This document shows positions 19,701-29,720 of a stretch of DNA of 64,000 nt, piece by piece. The first letter of the stretch is position 1. The number at the start of each line of letters is the position of its first letter. The position numbers and the translations under genes were made by a program. Where the stretch lies: IMG/VR virus record IMGVR_UViG_3300029787_004704, positions 43,869 to 107,868 of that record; one strand, 5' to 3'. The notes beneath the pieces were generated by a model. It saw only the letters and a list, made by a program, of their open reading frames with translations, searched no databases and was not told the DNA's origin. The DNA comes from a virus.

Positions 19701-22700
19701 TATTAAGCATTGTGAATTCATCTAGTGATGTCATAATCAAACCTATCGCTGATGCAAAAGATATAATATTGCAACAAAGAGATGGCACAGAAGTTGCTCG
19801 CGTTGAAGACAACGGAACATTCAATATTGTCACAGACAAATTAGCAATAAATGGCACAGCGGTTACATCAACTGCCGCAGAGTTAAATTTTGTTGATGGC
19901 AGTACAGCAGGCACTGTGGTGGCATCTAAAGCAGTGGTTGTCGATTCAAACAAAGATGCTGGAGACTTCCGTAACTTAACTGGAGTAACTTTAAAAGGAA
20001 CAACTTCATTACAAACACCATTGATTGAATTCACTGATGGCGACAATGCAATTACTATTGCAAATGGAGGTGGTATTACTGCTAATACAAGTTTAACATT
20101 GGCAAGTGGTGCAACTGTTACAGCAATACTTGATGAAGATAATTTTGCATCAGATTCTGACACTGCATTGGCAACACAACAATCAATCAAAGCATACGTT
20201 GGATCACAAACAGGATCATCAATCAGTATGAGAGTTGCTGGTTCATCAGATTCAACACAGGCAAACATTGATTTATCAAGCAATGAAGAATTCAGATTAA
20301 TTGGTGGCAACAGTATTACAACAACCATAGGTAGCACTGCTGACAACACAATGACTGTGGCACTGGATGATAATATTGCAATAGATGAACTCAGTGCTAA
20401 AGATTCATCGAATATCCAAATTAAATCACCTATACTTGCTGACAGTACAATAACTTCAGGAGCAATCACATCTTCAGGTGTTGTCACAGCAACTGGATTT
20501 ACTATTGGATCTGCCGCAATAAATGAAACAGAACTAGAAACTATCGATGGCATCACAGCAGGTACAGTTGCCGCGTCGAAGGCGGTCATTGTAGATTCAA
20601 ATAAAGATGTTACTGGTTTTAGAAATGTTACCGGCACAGGTGATGTTGAAGGTGCAAGTTTAACAGTTTCAAGTGGTGTGGCAATAACTGCATCAAGCGG
20701 TGATGTCACAGTTGCTAACGCAACTTCAGACAAAGATTTAATATTCACGGTTAATGATGGTGGCTCGGCTACTGAAGTGTTTAGACTTGATGGTGATGTA
20801 TCAGCTATGTTGATAGCATCAGGAAAAGAATTAAGATTTGCTGACTCAGGAGAAAAAATATCAAGTGATGGTACAGACTTAACTATCGCATCCGGTGCCA
20901 AAATTAATCTAGGAGCAACATCAGATGTTCATTTAGCCAACGATATTGGATTGGTGTTTGGTGATGCTGGTGAAAAAATTGAAGGTGATGGTACGGACTT
21001 AACCATTACAGGTAACAATATTAAATTGACTGCCACAGCAGATGTAGTGATACCGGCCAACGTTGGAATCACGTTTGGTACAGGAGAAAAAATTGAAGGT
21101 GACAGCACAGACTTAACTGTGACTTCAGGTGGGAAGATAAATTTAACAGCAACATCAGATGTTCATATTCCAAATGATGTTGGTATTGTGTTTGGTGATG
21201 CGGCAGAAAAAATTGAAGGTGACGGAACAGACTTAACCATAACAGGAAACAATATTAAATTAACTGCCGCGGCTGATATTGTTGTGCCGGCTAATGTTGG
21301 AATTACATTTGGCACCGGCGAGAAAATTGAAGGCGATAGTACAGATTTAACTGTCACATCCGGAGCAAAAATTAATCTTAATGCAACTTCTGATATTCAC
21401 ATTCCAAATGATGTTGGTATTGTATTTGGTGGCGCATCGGAAAAAATTGAAGGTGATGGCACAGACCTAGTCATATCAGCAAACAACTTGACTGTAGATG
21501 CCGCGGCCGACATAATACTTGATGCAGGTGGCAATGACTTCCAATTTAAAGCAGGCGGAACGCATATATTAAGTGTAGTGAATTCGTCAAGTGACGTAAT
21601 AATTAAACCAATTGCTGACGCAAAAGATATCATATTCCAACAAAGAGATGGCACAGAAGTTGCAAGGGTAGAAGATAATGCAACATTCAATGTTGTAACT
21701 GGTAAACTGGCAATTAATGGCACAGCAATTACATCAACGGCCGCTGAACTTAACCTAGTTGACGGCATCACAGCAGGAACAGTATCTGCCAGTAAGGCAG
21801 TAATTGCTGACTCTAATAAAGATGCATTAGGATTTAGAAATATTTCAGCAACGGGTACCGCTGAGATAGGCGGTGATTTACAAGTTGGCGGAAACTTCAC
21901 AGTATCTGGAACAACTACATCAGTTAATACAACCAACATAGAAATCCAAGACGCATTGTTAGAATTAAACAAAAATAACTCAGGTGGTGCTGATGTTGAT
22001 GCTGGAATATTCATACAACGTGGTTCGGCAGGTAACAATGCAGTATTATATTGGAATGAAGGAGATGACACATTTAAAGCAGTGTTGTCCAACTCAGTTG
22101 CAACTGCTGACGCAGTAACAGATTCGTCTTTTGCAGGATTAGAAGTAGGATCGCTCACTGTAAACGCTGGAGTGGCAATCACAGCATCGAGTGGTGATGT
22201 TACTGTTGCTAATGCAACATCAAATAAAGATTTAATATTCACTGTAAATGATGGTGGTTCAGCAACAGAAGTAATGAGACTAGATGGAGATGTATCGGCT
22301 ATACTAGTTGCATCAGGAAAAGAATTAAGATTTGCTGACTCAGGAGAAAAAATATCAGGTGATGGTACAGACTTAACCATTGCATCAGGGGCTAAAATTA
22401 ATTTATCAGCAACTTCAGATGTTGTTATACCAGCAAACGTAGGAATAACATTTGGTGATGGTGAAAAAATTGAAGGTGATGACACAAACATTACAGTCAC
22501 TTCAGGTGGCGCAATCAACTTAACTGCAACAACAGATGTTGTTGTACCTGCCAATGTTGGAATTACATTTGGTACAGGTGAAAAGATTGAAGGCGACAAC
22601 ACAGACTTAACTGTGACTTCAGGTGCTAAAATTGTATTAGCGGCAACAAGTGATGTTGAAATACCAGCAAATGTAGGAATAACATTTGGTACAGGAGAAA

Positions 22701-25700
22701 AAATTGAAGGTGACAATACAGACTTAACTATCACGTCGGGTGCTGACATAACCTTGGCGGCAACAGCAGATGTTAACATACCAGTCAATGTTGGCCTACG
22801 TCTAGGTGATGGTGGTGAGAATATCGAAACAGATAACACAGATTTAACAATTACTTCAGGTGGAAAAATTAATTTAGCAACTGCTTCAGATGTACACTTA
22901 GCCAACGATAAAGGAATAGTGTTTGGTGATGCCGGTGAGAAAATTGAAGGTGATGGCACCGACTTAACTATATCGTCAAGTGCAAAATTAAATTTAACAG
23001 CATCATCAGATGTACACATTCCAAAAAACATAGGATTAGTTTTTGATGATAATGCTAGTGAAAAAATTGAATCAGATGATACAGATTTAACTATTGCATC
23101 AGGTGCCAAAATTAATTTAAATGCAACTTCAGATGTTCACATTCCAAATGATGTAGGAATAGTATTTGGCGGTGCTTCTGAAAAAATTGAAGGTGATGGA
23201 ACTGACTTAGTCATATCAGCTAACAACTTGACTGTTGATGCGGCAGCTGATATTATACTTGACGCTGGTGGCAATGACCTTCAATTTAAAGCAGGTGGCA
23301 CACATGTCTTGAGTATTACAAATTCATCCAGTGATGTTATCATTAAACCAATTGTAGATGCAAAAGATATTATATTCCAGCAAAGAGATGGAACAGAGGT
23401 TGCTCGTATTGAAGACAATGCAACATTTAATGTTGTCACAGGCAAGTTAGCAATCAATGGCACAGCAATTACATCAACTGCCGCTGAACTAAATGCACTA
23501 GATGGCATTACTGCTGTTGTTGGTGAACTTAATGCTCTGGATATAGGTAGTACCGCTGTTGGAACTGCTGTTGCATCTAAGGCAGTGATACTAGATTCAA
23601 ATAAAGATTATACTGGCATAAGAAACTTAACTACAACTGGTTCATTCATAATTGGTAATGCGGACATGAATGAAACTGATCTAGAAAAACTAGATGGTAT
23701 CACAAACGGAACTGTGGCAGCTAACAAAGCAGTTGTTGTTGATGGTGACAAAGACGCTGGTTCATTTAGAAATATTACAGCAACAGGTACAGTAACCACA
23801 GCAATACTGGATGTAAACTCAATTAAATCAACTGATTCATCTAACATACGTATTGATGAAGGCCTTGATGTAGTAGGTGGATTATTCCTTTCAGAAATAA
23901 ATTCAATAGATTCAAGTGCAATTGAAGTAAATGAAGTTACTAATTTCAATGCAAACGTAGTTGTCAAAGCAGATGTAACAACAACTGGTTCATTTATTAT
24001 TGGCTCAGCGTCAATGAATGAAACTGATTTAGAAAAATTAGATGGCATTACAAATGGTGCTGGTGCGGCAAACAAAGCATTGGTGTTAGATGGAAGTGCT
24101 GATGTGGCATCTGGCTTAAGAAACTTAACAGCAAGTGGCACTATTACAGGTGGCACAATCACATTAGATGGAGGATTTTCGGCAACAGAATCAAGTGGTG
24201 ATGTCACAGTTGCTAATGCAACATCAAACAAAGATTTAATATTCACTGTAAACGACGGTGGCTCTGCTACTGAAGTGTTTAGACTTGATGGTGATGTGTC
24301 AGCACTACTAGTTGCGTCTGGGAAAGAATTGAGATTTGCTGATTCAGGCGAAAAAATATCAGGTGATGGCACAGATTTAACTATTGCATCAGGAGCCAAA
24401 ATTAATTTAACTGCCACTTCAGATGTTGTTGTACCAGCAAACGTAGGAATAACATTTGGTACAGGTGAGAAGATTGAAGGTGATAACACTGATCTTACAA
24501 TAACATCAGGTGCAAAAATTAATTTAGCCGCAACATCAGATGTTCACATTCCAAATGATGTTGGTATTGTGTTTGGTGGTGATTCAGAAAAGATCGAAGG
24601 TGATGGCACTGACTTAGTCATATCAGCAAATAACCTCACAGTGGATGCCGCGGCTGACATTATACTTGATGCCGGTGGCAATGACTTCCAATTCAAAGCA
24701 GGCGGCACTCACATATTAAGTGTAGTAAACTCATCCAGTGATGTTATTATTAAACCAATTGTAGATGCAAAAGATATTATATTCCAACAGAGAGATGGAA
24801 CAGAAGTTGCTCGTGTAGAAGACAATGGTACGTTCAATGTTGTTACCAGCAAGTTAGCAATAAACGGTACAGCAATTACTTCAACGGCCGCTGAACTAAA
24901 TGCACTAGATGGCATTACTGCTGTTGTTGGCGAACTTAATGCACTAGACCTTGGCAGCACAGCAGTTGGAACTGCTATTGCATCCAAAGCTGTTATTTTA
25001 GATTCAAACAAAGATTATACTGGGTTAAGAAACGTCACACTATCAGGTGAACTTGATGCAGGAAGTTTAGATATATCAGGTGATGCTGACATAGACGGTA
25101 CTTTAGAAACAGACGCATTAACAATTGGCGGCACTGCTATCGCAGATGTAATTGCAGGAACCACAGTCAACCTTGCCACACTAGCGTCAACTGTCACTAT
25201 TACAGACAACGAATCAACCAATGAAAACAATGCTTTAGTCTTTACTGCCGGCGGCGATACAGATGGTGGTAACCTTGGATTAGAATCAGATGGTACATGT
25301 ACATACAATCCAAGCACAGGTAAAATAACTGCCACAGGATTTGTAGGTGACTTAACAGGAACGGCATCTGCCGCTCAATACTCTGACTTGGCAGAACGTT
25401 ATCATGCTGATGCTGTGATGGAAAAAGGTGACATTGTTGAGATAGGTGGCGAAAATGAAATTACTAAGTCTACACAAGCAGTAAGTCCAGATGTGTTTGG
25501 TGTAATATCTCATGAGGATCAAGCGGCATTTAAAATGAATGACGGACTTCCTGATGATACTCACCCACTAGTGGCACTAACTGGAAGAGCAGATGTAAAA
25601 GTGATAGGACCAATCAACAAAGGCGACAGACTTGTCACATCATCTACACCAGGCGTTGCACGTAAGGCATTGATGTCTGAATGCACAGCATTTACAGTAA

Positions 25701-25774
25701 TTGGTAGAGCGTTACAAGATAAAACAACAGAAGATATTAGCGTTGTTTTATGTTATGTGAACGCAAAATCTTAA
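16727..25774 (+). CDS. Giant repetitive tail fibre with C-terminal intramolecular-chaperone (peptidase G2-like) domain
   Basis: N-terminal GDTLRAAMIKINNNFDELY baseplate-attachment motif; about 20 EKIEGDGTDL repeats; C-terminal AQYSDLAERY...VALTGR...KGDRLVTS. Confidence 0.85.
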   Translation: MTKQRIQIGAINSGSGDTLRAAMIKINNNFDELYDLQGQDSSGQGIDINGNTITSNFEDTDITLSPNGTGDIVMDGDLVVTVIKSDDSTEVKISDSLNVTGTVTATAFVGDGSGLTGVSGSGGGGGDSTEVYTNILRSNDSTAIQVADNLVPTADDTFSLGTADKKWSAVHVSGGTIFLGNLQIKDSGSNSLQILRSDGSTTAAVESTSTTLNVVGDDSTDMEIVVGTDRLHFQGGTNIETSTDSGAQLTISTSNTPTFSGTVTAGGLTIGSAVINEAELETIDGVTAGTVAASKAVIVDANKDAASFRNITATGAVTGGSFVIGSADISEADLEKLDGITNGTAAANKAIVADGNIDVTAIRNLTLTGNIQVGGDMTVSGTTTSVNTTNLEISDALLELNKNNSGGADTDAGLLIQRGSAGNNAAFYWNEGADKFKAVLTTSAATASAVTDSSTATIVANLEGAVTGNADTATALATARNIGGVSFDGTGNINLPGVNTAGDQDTSGTAAIATKIIVTDNESTNENNVILFASSVGDSSTASGSGVESDGNMTYNPSTGKITATGFIGAVTGDVTGDVTGNADTATALATARTIGGVSFDGTGNINLPGVNTAGNQNTSGTAAIATLVTVTDNENTNEENVVTFVAGADADGGNVGLESDGNFTYNPSTGAVTATKFKGDGSELTGISGGGGSSTLNVVGDDSTDMEITLGTDRLYFQGGTNISTSTDSGAQLTITVADAPTFSGAVTAAGFTIGSAAINESELETIDGVTAGTVAASKAVVVDSNKDATGFRNVTGTGDVEGASLTVTSGVAITASSGDVTVANATSNKDLIFTVNDGGSATEVMRLDGDVSALLVASGKELRFADSGEKISGDGTDLTIASGAKINLTATSDVVVPANVGITFGTGEKIEGDNTDLTITSGAKINLAATSDVHIPNDVGIVFGGDSEKIEGDGTDLVISANNLTVDAAADIILDAGGNDFQFKAGGTHILSIVNSSSDVIIKPIADAKDIILQQRDGTEVARVEDNGTFNIVTDKLAINGTAVTSTAAELNFVDGSTAGTVVASKAVVVDSNKDAGDFRNLTGVTLKGTTSLQTPLIEFTDGDNAITIANGGGITANTSLTLASGATVTAILDEDNFASDSDTALATQQSIKAYVGSQTGSSISMRVAGSSDSTQANIDLSSNEEFRLIGGNSITTTIGSTADNTMTVALDDNIAIDELSAKDSSNIQIKSPILADSTITSGAITSSGVVTATGFTIGSAAINETELETIDGITAGTVAASKAVIVDSNKDVTGFRNVTGTGDVEGASLTVSSGVAITASSGDVTVANATSDKDLIFTVNDGGSATEVFRLDGDVSAMLIASGKELRFADSGEKISSDGTDLTIASGAKINLGATSDVHLANDIGLVFGDAGEKIEGDGTDLTITGNNIKLTATADVVIPANVGITFGTGEKIEGDSTDLTVTSGGKINLTATSDVHIPNDVGIVFGDAAEKIEGDGTDLTITGNNIKLTAAADIVVPANVGITFGTGEKIEGDSTDLTVTSGAKINLNATSDIHIPNDVGIVFGGASEKIEGDGTDLVISANNLTVDAAADIILDAGGNDFQFKAGGTHILSVVNSSSDVIIKPIADAKDIIFQQRDGTEVARVEDNATFNVVTGKLAINGTAITSTAAELNLVDGITAGTVSASKAVIADSNKDALGFRNISATGTAEIGGDLQVGGNFTVSGTTTSVNTTNIEIQDALLELNKNNSGGADVDAGIFIQRGSAGNNAVLYWNEGDDTFKAVLSNSVATADAVTDSSFAGLEVGSLTVNAGVAITASSGDVTVANATSNKDLIFTVNDGGSATEVMRLDGDVSAILVASGKELRFADSGEKISGDGTDLTIASGAKINLSATSDVVIPANVGITFGDGEKIEGDDTNITVTSGGAINLTATTDVVVPANVGITFGTGEKIEGDNTDLTVTSGAKIVLAATSDVEIPANVGITFGTGEKIEGDNTDLTITSGADITLAATADVNIPVNVGLRLGDGGENIETDNTDLTITSGGKINLATASDVHLANDKGIVFGDAGEKIEGDGTDLTISSSAKLNLTASSDVHIPKNIGLVFDDNASEKIESDDTDLTIASGAKINLNATSDVHIPNDVGIVFGGASEKIEGDGTDLVISANNLTVDAAADIILDAGGNDLQFKAGGTHVLSITNSSSDVIIKPIVDAKDIIFQQRDGTEVARIEDNATFNVVTGKLAINGTAITSTAAELNALDGITAVVGELNALDIGSTAVGTAVASKAVILDSNKDYTGIRNLTTTGSFIIGNADMNETDLEKLDGITNGTVAANKAVVVDGDKDAGSFRNITATGTVTTAILDVNSIKSTDSSNIRIDEGLDVVGGLFLSEINSIDSSAIEVNEVTNFNANVVVKADVTTTGSFIIGSASMNETDLEKLDGITNGAGAANKALVLDGSADVASGLRNLTASGTITGGTITLDGGFSATESSGDVTVANATSNKDLIFTVNDGGSATEVFRLDGDVSALLVASGKELRFADSGEKISGDGTDLTIASGAKINLTATSDVVVPANVGITFGTGEKIEGDNTDLTITSGAKINLAATSDVHIPNDVGIVFGGDSEKIEGDGTDLVISANNLTVDAAADIILDAGGNDFQFKAGGTHILSVVNSSSDVIIKPIVDAKDIIFQQRDGTEVARVEDNGTFNVVTSKLAINGTAITSTAAELNALDGITAVVGELNALDLGSTAVGTAIASKAVILDSNKDYTGLRNVTLSGELDAGSLDISGDADIDGTLETDALTIGGTAIADVIAGTTVNLATLASTVTITDNESTNENNALVFTAGGDTDGGNLGLESDGTCTYNPSTGKITATGFVGDLTGTASAAQYSDLAERYHADAVMEKGDIVEIGGENEITKSTQAVSPDVFGVISHEDQAAFKMNDGLPDDTHPLVALTGRADVKVIGPINKGDRLVTSSTPGVARKALMSECTAFTVIGRALQDKTTEDISVVLCYVNAKS
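19180..25030 (+). repeat. Four nested coding repeat super-modules in the fibre gene
   Basis: Each starts SSGDVTVANATS.KDLIFTVNDGG and ends DIIFQQRDGTEVAR, containing 3, 6, 8 and 3 copies of a ~37-38-aa unit. Confidence 0.85.
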
Positions 25775-26193
25775 ACTATTAAATCTAAAATCGTTTGTAA
25801 TTTTGTTTCAATTTGCTTGTTTTGTAAAGTTTTTCTCACACCTTCATGCAAAGGCAAAGGCCAAGCGTTTACACTGACCCATGCATAACCACTGTGTTCT
25901 ACATTTAATTTTGGAACAAATTCTGTATCAACCACACAAACAAAAGTGTGAAATTTAAACCTTGTGTCTTTGGAGACAAATAATTCTAACGGAATAGTTT
26001 TTGATATTGTTGGTTGAAAGCCTAACTCTTCGACAATTTCTCTTTGAAGTCCTTGCCATGGAGTTTCTGTTTCGTGTGTTGAGCCACCAACCATACCCCA
26101 TGTGCCTTTTTGTTTTTGTTGTCTGTTAAGAAATAAAAACCGTTTTGATGATTTTGCATAGAACAAACAACCTGATGCTGTAATTTCACTCAT
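25771..26193 (-). CDS. NUDIX hydrolase
   Basis: WGMVGGSTHETETPWQGLQREIVEELG Nudix box. Confidence 0.9.
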   Translation of the reverse strand: MSEITASGCLFYAKSSKRFLFLNRQQKQKGTWGMVGGSTHETETPWQGLQREIVEELGFQPTISKTIPLELFVSKDTRFKFHTFVCVVDTEFVPKLNVEHSGYAWVSVNAWPLPLHEGVRKTLQNKQIETKLQTILDLIV

Positions 26194-26208
26194 GTAATAT
26201 TTTATGCT

Positions 26209-27702
26209 TTAAAATGTGATAGACCAAGTTCCTGGCTCGTAAAATCCTTCATATGATTTTACCCAAATAGACCCAGTCCATTTGTATTGAATTCCAGTTG
26301 TTACATTGGTAACATATTGCACTCTGGTAAAGGAACTGTCACCATTAACCATGCCAGCAGTGCTGTCAACAAAAGTTGATGAATCTAATAATCCAAGACC
26401 TAGTTGAGTTGAATCATCTGAGTTAGCGTTAAAATCTACAATCCATTCAGTACCAACTTTTTCTATAATATCATTTGCTTGTGCAACAAGACTTCCCCAT
26501 GGTGTGGTTTTATTTGCATCAAGAGTTGTTGAACTTCCTATATCATCTGTAAGCAGATATCTTGTGCCTGCAACGTCATTGGTTGCATTATATGTCTGAG
26601 GATTAATTACAGCATCAACGGCATTGATAGTATTTGTTGGAGTAGTGTCTTCATCTATTGTAATTAACATTGTTAATTCATCTTGCGGATCTAGTGCGAT
26701 AGTGCCAGTCACTTCAACAATAATATCATCACCATTTATAGTCGTGGCTGATTGTTGTAACTGTATTGTTGATAATCCGCCTCTAAATTGTTTAGAGTAC
26801 AATGATTCTAGTTGTAACCAATTGGTGCGATTTCCATGCGTTGTATCTTGTTTGAATGCTTCATTATTTTTGTTATTCATGTGTCGTGTGTCGTTGCCCA
26901 TTTGACTCAACAATGTTACTCTATTACCCAATACTAACAATCCATATTGTCCTGGAGTAACAAACTGTCTTGAAATTAAACTTTCACCTAATATACCATC
27001 CACGTCAACTGTGCCTGCTTCTTCATCATATATACTCATGATAATTTTTTCTATTACACCTAATTTTTTTAGTTTGGCAGGTGGTGAAATAAAAATTGGT
27101 GTTCTAAAATCTAGTGTTGCTACATCAATATCATCAGCAATTCCGGCCGGGATTGCCCTTGACGAAAAGTTTATGTTGGTAAGTTCTACAAATGACAATG
27201 AAGTCCAATCTAAAAAATTATCAGTAGTTTGCAATTCAAGTGCTGGATTGAATAATACTAAAATTTGTTCTAGTATTTGCAGTTTTTGATCTGTGTTGGT
27301 TGAAAAAATATCAGCTCTAAACGACAGTTCAAATGGTGTAGGCATAATTCTCTCAATGGTATGAGCCTGTCCAGGCTGTGCTGTGTATGTTTGTGTAGCA
27401 TCATCGAACTGTCTTTCGCGAATATGTTTTTTATCAATGTGATATGGATTATACATTCTTTCTCTATCATATCTCATATCTGTAATATAACAAGAAATTT
27501 GTGGTGCTGGAATTAAAGTATTCTCAGATCCTTTTCTGATAATCTGTGCTACCTGTTTACTCATGTCGCCATATTTGACAGGCACTTGCAAAGTTTCAGA
27601 CACGCCCTTAGAGTTTTTACCAGTCACATAAGAAAAATTACTCATCATGCGTATGAATTGTAAAATGTATCTTCTTATTTGAGCATCGTAAAAATGTTGC
27701 AT
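26209..27702 (-). CDS. Tail sheath stabiliser / completion protein (gp15-like) with C-terminal extension
   Basis: FYDAQIRRYILQF...VPVKYG...QILEQILVLFNP. Confidence 0.85.
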   Translation of the reverse strand: MQHFYDAQIRRYILQFIRMMSNFSYVTGKNSKGVSETLQVPVKYGDMSKQVAQIIRKGSENTLIPAPQISCYITDMRYDRERMYNPYHIDKKHIRERQFDDATQTYTAQPGQAHTIERIMPTPFELSFRADIFSTNTDQKLQILEQILVLFNPALELQTTDNFLDWTSLSFVELTNINFSSRAIPAGIADDIDVATLDFRTPIFISPPAKLKKLGVIEKIIMSIYDEEAGTVDVDGILGESLISRQFVTPGQYGLLVLGNRVTLLSQMGNDTRHMNNKNNEAFKQDTTHGNRTNWLQLESLYSKQFRGGLSTIQLQQSATTINGDDIIVEVTGTIALDPQDELTMLITIDEDTTPTNTINAVDAVINPQTYNATNDVAGTRYLLTDDIGSSTTLDANKTTPWGSLVAQANDIIEKVGTEWIVDFNANSDDSTQLGLGLLDSSTFVDSTAGMVNGDSSFTRVQYVTNVTTGIQYKWTGSIWVKSYEGFYEPGTWSITF

Positions 27703-27703
27703 C

Positions 27704-28855
27704 TTAATTGTCCGCTTGTGGTTTTAATAGTTTACTTAATGCAACACGTTCATTTGTAGTGCTTGAACCATCTTCCAATGTTGTTGTATTTGAGTTATTA
27801 ATGAAACTTGATTTTTCTGTGCTTCTTGTGTTGTTTTGTGACATAGTCATTCTGACATTGTCTTCTATTTTTACAAAGCGTCTTCCATCAAATCTAAACA
27901 GTCTATTTGGTGCATAATCAGTACGCAAGAAGAACATGCCTTCAACCGGACTGTTTGGAAATGAAGTACCAAATGTGACTGTTTCGCCATTTGCATGAAT
28001 ACCATCACCAGTTAAGTATCCTTCGATATAACCATTTGATTGTGGACTACCATAAACTTTGTCAACGTTAATGTGCCCTGTGCTTGTTAAAAGGTCGGCA
28101 TCATCTACAGTAACAAGTGCAACTTTACCTTCTTCATCTGTAGGCATAACATGGAATTGTTGTGTGTTGTATCCTGACAATGGTGCGTCAGTTTCTGCCT
28201 GTGTCACTATCGCATCATTAATTTCTAGTTCTTTGTCTCTTGTTTTCTGATCAGTGTTTTCATCTTTGTCACCTAGTATATCTCTAAATTCTTGTGCGTC
28301 AGTTATACCTTTGACTCTAACTCTATATAAATGTGGCCACCATGTTCTTGAATAACCTTCTGATGCTCTTGATACATCTTCAACCACGTAATATCTTTTT
28401 AATGTTTCGGTGTCAGTTTCGTCTAATGAATGGTCATCTTTTAAATGTGGCAACTCAATAACATCGCCTGACATAATTTTTCTACCCAGTGCTTCTACAA
28501 TATCTTTAATATGAAATGTCATGAATAATTGGTCGTTTTGCAAGAACAGACCAAATTGTGACAGATCAAAATCTATATCTGATACATTGTATATTACTCT
28601 TGTGTGATAAACATCCTGATCATATTTTCTGTCTCTGTTTTCCAAGAACAACATGTCTTGTATAGCCAGTTCGTTGAGACCATCACCTGATCTCTGCGGT
28701 TGTGTAGCATCCTCAGATGAGCCTTGATCGTTGGGTGAAATGTATTTGTGTATGTAGGCATCTGTACCACCTATCTGAAACATTTCAGATATGTTGCGAT
28801 CTATAAAAGCATAATCATTACCTTTTTCTGGTTTGAATAGTGATAGTCTAGGCAT
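27704..28855 (-). CDS. Neck protein (gp14-like)
   Basis: DMLFLENRDRKY, LSQFGLFL, GDVIELPHL. Confidence 0.8.
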   Translation of the reverse strand: MPRLSLFKPEKGNDYAFIDRNISEMFQIGGTDAYIHKYISPNDQGSSEDATQPQRSGDGLNELAIQDMLFLENRDRKYDQDVYHTRVIYNVSDIDFDLSQFGLFLQNDQLFMTFHIKDIVEALGRKIMSGDVIELPHLKDDHSLDETDTETLKRYYVVEDVSRASEGYSRTWWPHLYRVRVKGITDAQEFRDILGDKDENTDQKTRDKELEINDAIVTQAETDAPLSGYNTQQFHVMPTDEEGKVALVTVDDADLLTSTGHINVDKVYGSPQSNGYIEGYLTGDGIHANGETVTFGTSFPNSPVEGMFFLRTDYAPNRLFRFDGRRFVKIEDNVRMTMSQNNTRSTEKSSFINNSNTTTLEDGSSTTNERVALSKLLKPQADN

Positions 28856-28886
28856 ATAACATATTTACCGTCCTTATCAATACGCC

Positions 28887-28894
28887 TATAAATA
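28887..28894 (+). promoter_or_regulatory. T4-type late promoter TATAAATA (divergent partner TAAATA at 28862-28867 on the minus strand)
   Basis: Exact consensus 5 nt upstream of ATG 28900. Confidence 0.7.
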
Positions 28895-28899
28895 GTAGT

Positions 28900-29685
28900 A
28901 TGGCAGACACAGCATTATCCGAGGCAACTAATAATCAGATCAACGCGGCAAAGCAAGAAATCTATGATTATGTTAAGATACGTTTGGGTGATGGAATGGT
29001 CGAAGTTGAACTTGATCCTAAACACCTAGAAAATGCATTTGTTACTGCTGTTGACAAATTTAGACAGCGTTCATCCAATTCTGCAGAAGAATCATATGGT
29101 TTTTTAGAGTTACAGAAAGATCAAACAGAATACACAATGCCAGCTGAAGTGATTCACGTCAGTAGAATTTACAGAAGAACAGTAGGTGGAGCATCATCGT
29201 CAGAGGGTGGATCTACATTTGATCCTTTTGAGTTGGCATACACCAACATATATTTGTTGCAGACAGGACGTATAGGAGGACTAGCAACATATGATATGTT
29301 TGCAGGATACCAGGAATTGGTTGCAAGAATGTTTGGTGGATTTATCAATTTTAAATACGACCAACCTACAAGACGATTACAGATATTTAGGCGACAAAAG
29401 GCAGCTGAAACTGTATTAATTGAGCAATACAATCACAGACCAGATTTCATATTACTCACTGACATATATGCAAAGCCTTGGATCAGAGATTACACACTAG
29501 CTATTGCTAAATTTACACTGGGCGAGGCTCGTTCTAAGTTTACAACCATTGCAGGACCACAAGGTGGTGGACAACTTAATGGTGATGCACTCAAGGCAGA
29601 AGCACAAAATGAGATGCAGATACTTGATCAACAAATAGGAAACTATCAAGAAGGTGGCACCCCACTTTCATTCACAATAGGTTAA
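28900..29685 (+). CDS. Neck protein (gp13-like)
   Basis: RLGDGMVEVELD, WIRDYTLA..K..LGEARSKF...GG.LNG. Confidence 0.9.
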   Translation: MADTALSEATNNQINAAKQEIYDYVKIRLGDGMVEVELDPKHLENAFVTAVDKFRQRSSNSAEESYGFLELQKDQTEYTMPAEVIHVSRIYRRTVGGASSSEGGSTFDPFELAYTNIYLLQTGRIGGLATYDMFAGYQELVARMFGGFINFKYDQPTRRLQIFRRQKAAETVLIEQYNHRPDFILLTDIYAKPWIRDYTLAIAKFTLGEARSKFTTIAGPQGGGQLNGDALKAEAQNEMQILDQQIGNYQEGGTPLSFTIG

Positions 29686-29714
29686 TTGACACATCACACA
29701 TATTATTGTATAAT
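29686..29714 (+). promoter_or_regulatory. Sigma70 consensus promoter
   Basis: TTGACA-N17-TATAAT, 6 nt upstream of ATG 29721. Confidence 0.8.
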
Positions 29715-29720
29715 GTGAGC

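Noticed and set aside
19180-25030. Repeats considered as a CRISPR array or a DGR template/variable pair
   Set aside because: The repeats are in-frame coding units differing at synonymous positions; there are no unique spacers, no adenine-specific variation and no reverse transcriptase in the window
17119-25335. Long antisense ORFs (up to 570 aa) opposite the fibre gene, and similar ones opposite the core, sheath and symporter genes
   Set aside because: Shadow frames caused by codon bias of the sense gene; low-complexity S/P/V/A translations with no SD or promoter
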